64,000 nt of DNA from Pavona decussata (Eukaryota), in the NCBI GenBank assembly GCA_977016875.1, contig CDRNST010000273.1:2976001-3040000 (forward strand), in the 5' to 3' direction. Positions 12,630 through 24,227 of this stretch are shown in pieces. The stretch's first letter is position 1. Each line of letters opens with the position of its first letter. Below the pieces are notes generated by a model. The model was not told the origin of the DNA. It was given only the letters and a program-made list of their open reading frames with translations, and did not search any database. The translations under genes were made by a program, and so were the position numbers.

Positions 12630-15100
12630 TCAGCAGCAGGTTGACTTTGTGCTGGATGGAATCAGTCATGGGTTCAAATTGGGCTTTTGCCCCTCGCTTA
12701 AACTCAAGTCAGCTAAGAAGAATAAGCCATCTGCTTACCAGCATCCATCAGTCATTGATTAATACCTGGCAAAAGAGGTGTCTTTAGGCAGGGTGGCGGG
12801 TCCTTTTGATTCCCCTCCCTTCCCTGTTCTCCAAGTTAGCAGCTTTGGCGCTATTCCCTAAAAGGGCCAAGCAGGAAAGTGGCGTCTCATTGTGGACCTT
12901 TCCGCCCCTGGAGAGGCTAAGACCGCTCTCAAATCGGCTTTTCGCTTGATACCAATTCATCCAAACGACTGGAGCTTGCTGGGTATCTTCTGGCAATACC
13001 AGTACTACGTCGATATGTTCCTTCCCTTTGGTCTCCACAGTGCGCCATTCCTCTTTAATCAACTTTCCAAGGGGCTTGAATGGATACTTAAAAAGAACTA
13101 CGGCCTCCGGAATGTTATTCATATCCTGGATGACTTCTTCATTGCCGAACAGTCAAAATTGTCCTGGCTTTCTAGCTTTAGCAACCTACTACGGGTTTTC
13201 ATGTCACTTAAGGCTCCTGTGGTGGCGTCTAAAACCATAGGACACTCCCAGGTAATTGAGTTCAAGGGAATTGTCTTAGACAGCGTACGCATGGAGGCCT
13301 GTCTGCCCTAGGACAGACTCACCCGGACAAATGAGCTCCTATCCTCCTTCAAACAATGCTCTTCCGTGCACATAGTGGAGCCTCAATCACTTATTGGTAC
13401 CCTCAAGTTTACGTGTAAGATGGTGGTCTCAGGCAGGACTTTCCTTCAGTGCGCTATGACTAGGGGGGTTCCTCAGTCGTTTTCATCACGTCGGGCTTTA
13501 TAGGGAGTTTTTCTAGGACCTTGATATGTGGAAGGTTTTCCTAATGAAATGGAAAGGACATTCCTTTTTTCTGGAGTCTTCCACTACCCACCCCTGGATC
13601 TTAAGCTCTACAACAACGCAGCCAGCAAAATACGTTTTGGCGGTTTTTTCCTGGGAAAGTGGTTTCAGGGCCGCTGGCCACCCCACCTGCATTTAAACAA
13701 GGAGCAGGGGGTTAGTATCGAGTGGGAAGAGTTGTTCGCTATTGTCGTCACCTGTGCTATATGGCACCCCTTTTTTGTGGGCAAACGCCTTCAGTTTTGG
13801 TGCGACAATTAATGTGATATCTATCATTAATTCTGGGCATTCCAAGGCACCCTGTATCGTGGATTTGGTCAGGTTCTTAGTTCTTATTTCCATGAAACAC
13901 AATTTTTTGGTATGTACTCGCAATGTCCCAGGGGTCTCAAACGAGATTGCTGACACGCTCTCCCGCTTTCAGAAGCAGCATTTCTAGGCCCTTGCTCCCA
14001 ATGCCGACAGGAGTCCTTGTACCATCCCGCCTTCATTAATGACCCTTTGAGGGACGAGGTCCCGACCTACACGACCTGCGGCCTTGCCAAAAGCACAAAC
14101 AGAACCTACAGCTGCGGAAAAAAGCGCTTCTTAAATGTTTGACTTATGAAACATCTTATGAGTCCAACCGGGGAAGTGCTTCCTGCCTCTGAAGAGACAC
14201 TTGTTTATTCGCATCCTATCAAGATAGGACAGTCCGTCATAGCACCACAAAACTTCATTTAGCCGCGGTTCACAATCTCCACATTACCGCCGGGTATAAT
14301 GACCCTCTTAAGGATAAGCTTCTTTTGCGTTAGGTTTTATGGGGGATTCTCCGTTTCCAGGGTGGGAAGAAAATCCATTGCCAGCCAGTGCGCCCCCACA
14401 TGCTTTTATCCATTTGCCCTGCCTTGCAGGTGTGATTTAAGTCCCCTGGATTTTTCTATGGTTTGGGCCGCTTTTACTTTAACGTTTTTTGCCTTTCTTT
14501 GCTGTAGTGAGTTTACCTACTTACGTCTACGTAAGTTTAGGCCGCATTTTGGCCTTTAATAGCTTGTATAACCTTTCAGCCCAATCTGCCATGTCTGAAG
14601 TATATGACAGTTCAACTAAAATCGTGTAAAACCAACATCGTTAGGCACGGGCAGTCTCTCACCATAGCTCGCAGCTCTTCTACAATCTGCGCATTTGTGG
14701 CTATGCGGGATTACTTTCTCTTAGCAAGGCCAGTAACAGGGCAACTTTTCTACTTCTAGTCGGAACGCTTTCTCACCCAGGACATTGTTTGCCACCCGCT
14801 GCAAGACAGCGCAAGGTTTGCGGGTCTTTGCTACCAATGCCTCAAGGATCATAGCTTTCGTATCGGGGAGGCATCGGTTGGCACCGCTGCTGGCTTGCCA
14901 GAGTTAATCAAGGCAGATTTGGCTTTCCACTCCGATCCACGGTCAACTGACTTCAGCTTGTTGGGGGTCTCCCTGATCTGTGTTAGTATTGTGACATTAA
15001 AGGTTCTTGGATGCTGGTCTTCCGACTGTTACCAGCTTTACATCAGAACTCTGCAGTCCGTCTTGCACTCAGTTGCTTGCAAGATGACGACCGTTTCGGG
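12630..15100 (+). mobile_element. DIRS-like tyrosine-recombinase retrotransposon, degraded (RT, RNase H, YR)
   Basis: GKWRLIVDLS, LPFGLHSAP, HILDDFF; EELFAIVV, FWCDN, NEIADTLSR; YR motifs FFAFLCCSEF, HSFRIG, LGCWSSDCYQLYIR. Confidence 0.9.
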
Positions 15101-17282
15101 TTGTTTTGGTCCTAGTTGTACTTATTTCCTTTTACCTTCCTTAAGGGTATGCACTGCCTTGCATGCATCTGTGGCGGTTAAGTTTGCGCAGCGACTTCCC
15201 CCATGCTTGTTCGTGTCTTTGCTTTTGTTTATCGCCTGCTAACCAATACTCCTGTCCAATCCACCACGTGCTGTCTACCATTCAGCTCATAGTGCTGGGG
15301 AGATAAGTGAGGTTGTTTTTGTCCCGCAAATTGGAAGTTGCATTGACTAACCTACCACAAGGCAGTGTTCCTCTCAATAGGGTGATTTAGCAGCAGAATG
15401 AAGATGGTATAGCGAGCGGAACAGTCTGGACCCGAGTCTATTACGACTTCGGTGCTCACATTGCCGTCCTACTACAAAAGTCATGACAGCATTTTCATGG
15501 TTTTCCCGTCTCAACGAGGACGACACAGATTGCGGGAATTTTCCTGGCATTTTTTATGTGAAAAAGGTGAGAAAATCTCTTGGAAATCATTGTTAGGCTA
15601 ATCGTTTTGGATTTCATTGCCTTATTAAGTGTCCCCTTTTGCGTGAAAAAAATCTGATAATTAAAGCTGAATAGTCAAAGGTAAACAAAGGAAAAAGTGT
15701 CTATTAGTTTACTAGTAGCACCAACCAGTCAAGTTAGTTAGCTGGATTAAGGGAAAACTACTAAAACTCAGTCGAAATCAGGTAAACTTGGGACCTGAAA
15801 CTTGCTATTACAAACTTAATCTATTGTTGTCGTTGATACATCGTATGTTTTCATTTCTGCATTTGACCAAGTCATAATTTTACTCTGAGGATATGGCGGA
15901 CGAAAGCGCTTAAAGCTGTGAAACAAGGAAAAGGTAAAAATTTACGTGAAAGTTTGTTTTCAAATTGTAATTCCATAAAGCTGTAAGAAACAGTACCTAG
16001 GAGAGCGCGAGAGTGTTTCTTAATTAGCGAAATGAGACAAATTATCTATGGTTAAAATCAATCATATCTCTGTAATAATTCTTCAATTTCGGATACATTT
16101 GTTTAAGATTTTAGGAAAATATAAATTGCATTACTAAACAGTCTCCAAACTCCGGCTATATGGTGACTAGGTTGGGACGTGACCAGTACAAAATATAAAT
16201 GCATCGCAGACTGCAGTATAGAAAGTTACAACTATAACTTAATTAGTACAAGTATTAAATCGCATGATAGGCCGAGTAGAATAAGGATTAATTACAAAAA
16301 ATTAAAATTTATTTTTTTTTATATGAGGACTTATTACGATTACGGTTTTATAACAAAGAGGGCAAAACCATCGAGGCAATCATTACTAAAACCACTCATG
16401 CGCCCGTATAAAGTACGCAAAGCAAACAACCATTCTTTAATTGTTCAGTAGTGAACAAAACGAGCAAAACTAACGACAGAAGGTGATCGTTATACACATA
16501 TAATTAATTAAGAGAAAACACAAGTTTACTTCAGAAGCAAACTAACGACGATTAGGGATGAATTAATTGATACACTTGTGCTGTGAAGCTTTGTGCTGCT
16601 TGAAAATCACACGAACACAGACCGATAAAAATAGCAGATGGTGTATCCAAGGAAGGAACTTGCAGAGTAATTTCCAGCTTTCACCGAATTTGACCTGCTC
16701 CTTCCTTCCATGAAATTTTTGCTCGGTTATCGTTCATTTGAAGAAGTAGCTAGGTGAAAGCAATTGGTGGCCATGACTGATTTCAGTTTTTCCACCAAAC
16801 AAATCCAATCCAAATTTTTAGCTTTTGACACAAATAATGTGTTGCTTTTTCTTGTAAGACACGAAAATTCACCTTTAGAAATTTCCCTTACAGCTGCAGC
16901 ACTTGATTTCCATGTATTTTTGGCAAACAACCCGGCTTGAAAAGTGCAACTCCAAAGAAACAATTCAAAAGAACCCGTTGATATTGGGTACAAAATGAAA
17001 AAAAAACAACAACAACAACTGAATGTAAAAAAAGCGTGTCCAGCCAACCAGGAGCGAGTATTTTCGCCGCTTGAGCAATAAGGAGTGAGTAATTTTGTAA
17101 AGATCATCCATTGACATGATGAAAATGATATTTTTATTCTTTCATCAAGACCAATCGAGGCAGAAAATGAAGATCTGAAAATCATGATTCAAGAATTGAA
17201 ACAGCTAGACAGCATGTATCAATAATCTCTGAAGCCTTCCAGAAAAAAACATGATTTTTATTGATTAATTAATTTAATCACC

Positions 17283-17969
17283 TTATTACACCCATTTTAA
17301 AAATCACTGGTGATACTTGCAATCTGATTGGCTCTCAACAGGGGGATTTATTTACGAATCGCATTGCTTGTTTGTTCTAAATTCCATCCCTTTTAGCCCA
17401 TCAAAATGAAAATGAAAAGCTGTGTGATTTCAAAACGGGTGTAATAAAGTGGTAATGGAACTTTGTTTCGTACATTTTTGGTCTGAAATCATATGTATGA
17501 TTTCAAGTCGAACTCGTACTGTGCGCTCGTTCGATTTTGTAATTACGCTTATGATTTCAGACCAAACTACACTCAGCTCAATTCAATTAACATTATTTAT
17601 TACACCCATTTTGAAATCACTGGTGATCCTTGCAATCTGATTGGCTTTCAACAGTGCAATTTATTCACGAATCGCACTATTTTTTGCTTTAAATCCCATA
17701 AATTTTAGCCTATCAAAATGAAAATGAAACCGGATTGGGTAAATAAATATTAATATTGAAAAAAAAAAAAAAAAAAAAAAACCAGTGACATTTCAAAATG
17801 GGTGTAATAAAGTGGTAATAATTATTGAACTTTGTGTTGTGCAATTTTGGTCGGAAATCATACTTGTGATTTCAAATTGAACTTGTGCTGCATGCTCGTT
17901 CGATTTTGAAATCATGCACATGATTTCAGACCAAATTGCACTCCACTTAGTTCAATTACCATTATTAAT
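17283..17969. repeat. tandem dimer of a palindromic interspersed repeat
   Basis: Units start TTATTACACCCATTTT at 17283 and 17597. Each has an inverted GGGTGTAATAA and a long 3' hairpin centred on TCGAACTCG...CGTTCGA. Confidence 0.8.
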
Positions 17970-18432
17970 TTGTTGCATTGTCATCTTTTTATTTTTATTA
18001 GACAAAAAAAACTATGAAATGAGAATGCAAATAAACTTGTTGTTGGCAGGTCATCGCCATATTCAGACACCTTATTTTTAAAAACTTGCCACAAGTTGCC
18101 TTCTTTAAGTCCAGGAAGAGTCGCCAAGTTAAGTTCTGAAATCAACATCATTTGGGTTTTAACATTGCAAAGACTTAAGATGAATTGAAGCTTTGTTTTA
18201 CCTGTTCTGCCCCACACTAACATCCAACTCCTCCCCCCTTCCCCACTGTACTTCCCTTGATCACAGTGGACGTCAAGCAGGAAAGTTGTGAGCATATTGA
18301 CAGGCCCTTGTTGTTACCTGAATTTGTAATAATTTCAAGTTGCAAGTGCATTTGTTTCCTCACCACAATGGATATTGTAGATTTAAGTGTTAAGAGGGAA
18401 CTTTACTTGTATTTCAAATTCCCTGATCAATT

Positions 18433-19042
18433 ATGGTATGGACGGAGGCTGAAGACCTTAAGTTGTTACGGGCCATGGCTGCAGAAGGGGTGTTTGTGAA
18501 TAGCAAGGAGGGTAGCCGGAAGAGAGGGGCCGCCTGGGCAAATGTTGTCTCTGCCGTATTGGCCAAAAATATCCAAGTGACTTCGAGAGCTGCACGTGAT
18601 AGGTACCAGAATTTGGCAGGAAATATGAAAGCAAAAATGTCGACAGGAAAAAGAGACTGGTGGTAGTGATGAGCACCAGACAGAAGTCGAGATTTTGGTT
18701 GAAGAGTTGATTGCATTGGAGGAAGAGGCAAAAAGAGCAGAAGAGCATGATGGAGCAAGGAAAGACGCAGCAGCAGGTGAAAAAAAAAAAAAAAAACAGG
18801 CCACAGAAATGAGGGACAGGGCTTTGGAGAGAACAGGAGGGAAAGGACAGAAAAGAGGAGAGAGAGAGATGCAAAGGATGCAACATGAACAATTCATGAA
18901 GCAGTTAGAGGCAAACCAAAGGCCTCAAATTGAACAGATGAGGATGTTTTAGCAACAGATGCATCAACAGCAGCAACAATTTGCCATGATGCAGCATCAG
19001 ATGATGGTGATGGTGCAAAGTATTTTTAAAAAAGATCAATGA
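18433..19042 (+). pseudogene. Myb/SANT-like DNA-binding protein of a PIF/Harbinger transposon
   Basis: MVWTEAEDLKLL...RGAAWANV...RAARDRY, followed by a charged coiled coil and Q/M-rich tail; frameshifted; convergent with the transposase. Confidence 0.8.
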
Positions 19043-19163
19043 GTGAGAAAGATAAAACAGTATTTATTTTATATAATGTAAATTTCTATTTTTCTACTTG
19101 TATAAAATTGATATTGAACACTTTCTCAAAATTATGTTTCAATTAAACTTAAATACTTGACGA

Positions 19164-19337
19164 TGTGCAGTTCCAGTAAATATCCTTACCCACCCCCATG
19201 GAGGATCACTGGAAATTCCAAGAAGGAGGGGTGTTTTTTAGAGTAAAGTATGTAGCAAAACTTGAATTTCTAGAGGGGTGAGTGGCTTCAACCAAGACAA
19301 TAAATTATTGGTGTGGTTATTTTTTGGTACAAAGCAA
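19164..19337. mobile_element. degenerate MITE; a related end lies near 12240-12262
   Basis: TGTGCAGTTCCAGTAAATATCC start; related inverted end GGATTTTCTTTGGAACCACACA near 12245. Confidence 0.45.
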
Positions 19338-20690
19338 TAGCAGTTATCTATTAGCTCACTGCCAGTTATCTCAAACCTCTCTCAAGAAACAGGACGTTTC
19401 TTACTGAAAACCAAGCAGTCTGGATTTCACTTTACGGACTATTTATAAGATCGATCGTTTATGAACTGATTTCATTATTTTCTATTTTGTAATATTGTGC
19501 AAAAAACTTTTTTTGTTAAGTATAGTCCTTTTAATTATTGCCTGGAAATTTTTGGTGGAACTAACAAGAAAGTGACATGAAAAAAAATAAACAGTTTTCA
19601 TCTCAGTAACATGCACTTAATTTTCAAATACAAGTAAGAAGTATGCTTCCAGCAAATTTATTGTACTACAATCATGGACAAAAAGCCTTGGAAAAAATTC
19701 GAATTCACGATGCATTCATACACATGCAACAGAAACATGGTCAGTGAGTACGAAAATATCCAGTCACCAACCCCCACCCCCCTGCAATGTTGAGCCTGTG
19801 TAAAAAAAATGCCTAAGGGGACTTCAACTGTAGTTAGGTCACTGACTAAATCAGCAGTTAATACTATAATTTGGAAGACTTGTCCCAAGACCTTTTCTCA
19901 TTGATTGCAGAATGTTGGGTCAGTATTAGGAAAATATTGGTCGAGTTCTTTTTCGGATTAAATATTGATGGACATCGCACTAATTAAAGAAACAGAACAC
20001 ACATGAGAATCAGATGCGAAACACCATATTTCTACAAAGAAGCACCCATACTCTGCAATAAGCAGCCACCAGCCCCTCTCCCCTCCCCTTCACTTAATTC
20101 CAGTCCAGTCAATCACAAAACTGATAAACATTTCAAACAGTAGAGAGATTACAAGGCTGTTAAATCCTGTCCAGGTCCACTCTTACAAAAAATTTACAAT
20201 ATTTTGAAATACAAGAGAAGGTTCTTTTCCTTTAATCAGATTCAATCACGTTAATCAAGTTTATGTGTGACCAAGTGTCTGTTCTAATGGATTTTGTCCC
20301 ATTGTAATAAGTGCCCCCCCCCCCCCCCCCCGGCCTCCTCCCTTCAATAAAGCCACCATGTTCTGGTGCTTTTTTGAAGGAATATAGTGACATAATATAT
20401 TGTTTAAATTTCCTTACAATAATTTATTGCAAGGAATTTGAATGAATTGTGAATCGTAATAAAAATATTTTATGACCAAACCCAACAACATGCAGCTTAG
20501 GTGTGTGACTGTGTCCCTCAAATTTGTTGATAAAACTCTTATTATTGATGTCTTCAGTTATAATGATTCATGAAAAATTAATTTATTTTCATGTTTATGA
20601 AAGCAAATTGTACGGTAATTATTTCACATCAGATTCCCTGATTAACACTACACAGTGTGCCTACTATGCTCATCATATTAAAAATCAGAG

Positions 20691-21595
20691 TTACCAGAAG
20701 TATTCCAGCAAAGACGGTGGTTGAATGCCAAACTTATCTGAAACAATATTGCCATACAGACAGGTGTGTGCATTTTCCAGGAGAGCGCAATCAAGATAAA
20801 ATTTTCCCACTGCACTCATATTCACTTTCAACTGGTTTTTAAAATCAATAAATTCAAAATAATTGGTGATATTACCTAACAACCACTGCACTGACACCCG
20901 AACTACACTCATTGCTTGATTGTATAAACTCATTTGTGGGTCAAGTTCATGTTCCTAAGTGGGGCTGAAGGTGTACTCCAAAAGGATATGCAGGATCCCT
21001 ATATAGACAAAGTGGATCTCCATTGTAAAAGGCCACCCTACGCAAGTCGTTAAGAATATCAGGTTCCTGTAACATGGTGCTGTCATGGCGCTTCCCCTCA
21101 AATGGGCCACCACAGTACCATCAATAAGGCCGAAACAATTTTTTAGTGGGGCACCTTGCTGATGCACAGCTTCAGCATACATGTGTAGCTGGCCTGGTTG
21201 TTAGAAGAACTGGTCCCAACCATGTAGACGATGGTGATGATGTTCATAGATAAAATCTACAATGTTGTTGAAAATCAGGCAGAGCTCGGCTGGATTGCAC
21301 CCAAACCGAAGTACCATGTCTGTATAACGGCAGGGGTAAGCCAATCTCTTTAACAAGATATAAAGTCCCTCCATTCAACCACAAACTGTTCTCTGCTCAC
21401 AAACAACTTTATCAGGCATCTCAAGACATTCTAGCAAAGCACCAAGGTCACCTTTTGCAAATCTTAACTCAGTTTGGCACTCAACAGTGCTCCACTCATC
21501 TTCGTCAAATTTTGAGAATTTCCAATACAGGAAAACAGGTCTTGACTTTTCAATTTCTTTGACAAAATTTTCTGGGATAACAAGAACAGACGGAT
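20691..21595 (-). pseudogene. PIF/Harbinger DDE transposase, internally deleted
   Basis: LKRLAYPCRY, CFGLIDGTV, YRDPAY, NQAMSVVRVSVQW, NAHTCLYG. Confidence 0.9.
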
Positions 21596-21599
21596 TGTA

Positions 21600-22012
21600 G
21601 ACGCATTGTTAATTTCTAAGCCGGAGAGGTTTTTGAAGTTATAAAGTAGAGTTAGCAGGTGATCAACAGAATCAGGGTCACGAACAAAAACAGTGGTATC
21701 ATCAGCATATAGAGAGACTTTAATTTCTTTCTCACCTACATTAATGCCTTTAGGCGGTATCATTCTTAATTGCCAATTACGAACAATAGTCCGGACAAGA
21801 GACAACCTTGTCTAACACGTCGTTCTGTGGAAAAAAATTGCGACACAAATCCATTATTAAGAACACAGCTAGAAACATTGTTATAAAAAATTTTGACCCA
21901 GTTTTGGATATCGGGCCCGAAATTGAATTTTTTAAGGCAGCTGTTAATAAAATCCCATTCAATAGTTTCGAAGGCTTTCTTGAAGTCTATAAAAAGAGCG
22001 ATTCCAGGAATG
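21600..22012 (-). mobile_element. L1/Tx1 LINE RT fragment
   Basis: FIDFKKAFETIEW, FGPDIQNWVK, VRQG, SLYADDTT, SGLEIN. Confidence 0.9.
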
Positions 22013-22042
22013 TCGTTTTAAAATTAATGTACTTAAATTCAG

Positions 22043-23666
22043 ATTTTCCTGTACGGTTAGGGAGTGATGAAACCAAGAATGAATGTTTGAAATCCCTAAT
22101 GGCCATGTACCTGTTTCGACAGAAGGTCTCCCACTATGAAAGCCTTGGAGTCAATTTCAGGGAACCTTTGTATGTTCCTCAGGTTGACTCAACTGACGAA
22201 GACCACAACCATCTACTGAAGTGCATTGCAGCTTGTACGCGGAGTGGTGGTGAGCCTGGAATTAACCTACGGTGTTTCACAAAGGCACTGAATGATCCCG
22301 CTACAGGATTGACATACACTGCCCTGACTGGCCAACGCAAACAGTCTGTTCCCGACTGCAAGAGGTTACTTTCACCAGCCATGGCCAAATTCATGAAATC
22401 ACGTGGGTACACTGAAGAAGCAAGGTTCATTTAAACTGTCACTGGCATAAAGCTTCAGATGGACGAGGTTTGACTGAACAACAACGACAACAGTATAAAT
22501 AGGACATGCTGAACTACATGTTGGAGGACCAGATTCCATGGTGCGCACACCAAGAGCGACGTGTTTACTCAACACTCGATGTCAACAGGTATTTTTTTAG
22601 GGTGGCTTCGATTAGTTTAGTCAGATCTTCCTCTCACAGAATAACAACGTTCATGAGTTACAAGTTGAAATTTGAGATTTCGATGATGGCAAAATTGGTG
22701 GCAAGATTGGAAATTTATGGACAATTATCTAAGGTGATTCTCATCTCTAGTAACCAACCTTTTTAAAACTTTGTAAAAATGTCTGTTTTATTGATTAGAC
22801 AAAAGTGTATCAATGAAAAACAAGTAACGTTAAAGATATTAGCCTCCAAAGGTCAAAATTGGGTGCATAAGACCTTCCTGCCCAATGCAAATGCTGCTTT
22901 ACCAAACTACTTTTGTGAACACAAAATCAGAATCCATGTTTCCTACATCATTTGAGACATTTTGATGAGTGTAATTGAAGCTGAAGGGCAGAAGGACTTG
23001 TACCATCACCCTGTTGTCAAACACTTGAACTGATCTCCCATCTGAGCGCTTCCCATATCTGACAAATGTCATTGGACACTGTGTCAATAGCTGTATCATT
23101 GTGTTTTAAATTACAGACCACTGAAAGTGGTCAGGGGTTCCACCAAGGAAATCATTGTGGCCTTGATTGCAAACATTGAAAGCCAGGAAAAGAGAAGGGC
23201 CGATTGTGAAACCAAGGGATTGCCACCAGAGCACCCTCGTGCCTCATCTACGCATGATGTTGAAGGACGGGTATATTGCTAGTCTTCATCAGTTAATAGG
23301 TGTCATATTTGACCACAAAACCTTCCGGGGAAAACAATCACAAAATTACGCAGGAATTCACCAAAAAAATAGATCCAGATTTACCCTTCTGCTACTGGGA
23401 TGGGCTCAATGAATACTATCATTGTGGAAGTCTAAAAATCTTTTAATGAACCGTCCAAGTCAGGAATTGAGAGATTGGATAGAGTTACTGTTGACCCAGG
23501 GGTATTTGTTGCTGGTCGGGCCACACTTCCACAGCATGCCACACTAAGAGTGAGAGCTCAATTTCATGCTGCACCAGAGAGACCGGACAGGCTCCAGCAA
23601 GGGGTTAAATTTAGTGGGCAATTGAGCATTCATTTAGTACACTCATTTCATACAACTTTTAATTGA
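22043..23666 (+). pseudogene. spliced P-element-like DDE transposase, C-terminal part, disabled
   Basis: Exons 22043-22588 and 23117-~23666 (phase-2 GT-AG intron). EDHNHLLK is a DxxH-K motif; TGQRKQSV resembles P-element KQ.V; WHKASDGRG; EHPRASSTHDVEG resembles P-element QDxLE. Confidence 0.6.
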
Positions 23667-23789
23667 AGAGATTCCCATAGTCTAAATGGACTGCTATGGC
23701 TTTCCTGTCAAAGTCATTCTCTTGTTCAGGTTTTAACATTGCTGAAACTGTCTCTCCACCTTTCATTTTCGTCAAAGCTTCGTCCAAAC

Positions 23790-24227
23790 TGTAAGATTCA
23801 AACTTCTTATTTGTCATTTGATTACCTTTTCCCACGCGCCACTATTACATAATTCTATTTACGCGCGCGTGACATTATATTACACAATAACGCATCCATA
23901 TATTCTGGATCAAGTTTCTCAATCACCTCGTATATTGCTTGCTCTTGTAGTGTTTGTAATTTCCATCGTTTAATTCAAGTTTTGTCCTTTTCTTCGCTAA
24001 CCGGATCAGAGGATTATTTGCAAGTTTACTTTACGCAAATGATTTTTTATTTTCGTTAGTTTCTTAGAATTATTGTCATTTAGTTATTTCAGTCGAATCA
24101 TTGTTATTCTTGATTGTACAAGTTTCAAATATCGTCTGCAAGTCAAATGCGTTTGGAATACCTCTTGATTCTTGAGTGAGCATTATATGGAACTTTTAAT
24201 CATCAACGGTTTGGTTTGGTGCTTACA
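23790..24227 (+). repeat. BEL 5' LTR
   Basis: TGTAAGA...GCTTACA, direct repeat of 30845-31278. Confidence 0.95.

Noticed and set aside
18414-18897. overlapping minus-strand ORFs of 114-144 aa
   Set aside because: Shadow frames of the purine-rich Myb-like gene.
21808-22434. 208-aa ORF as a single protein
   Set aside because: Chimeric: the first ~75 codons are antisense to an L1 RT fragment; the real exon starts at 22043.
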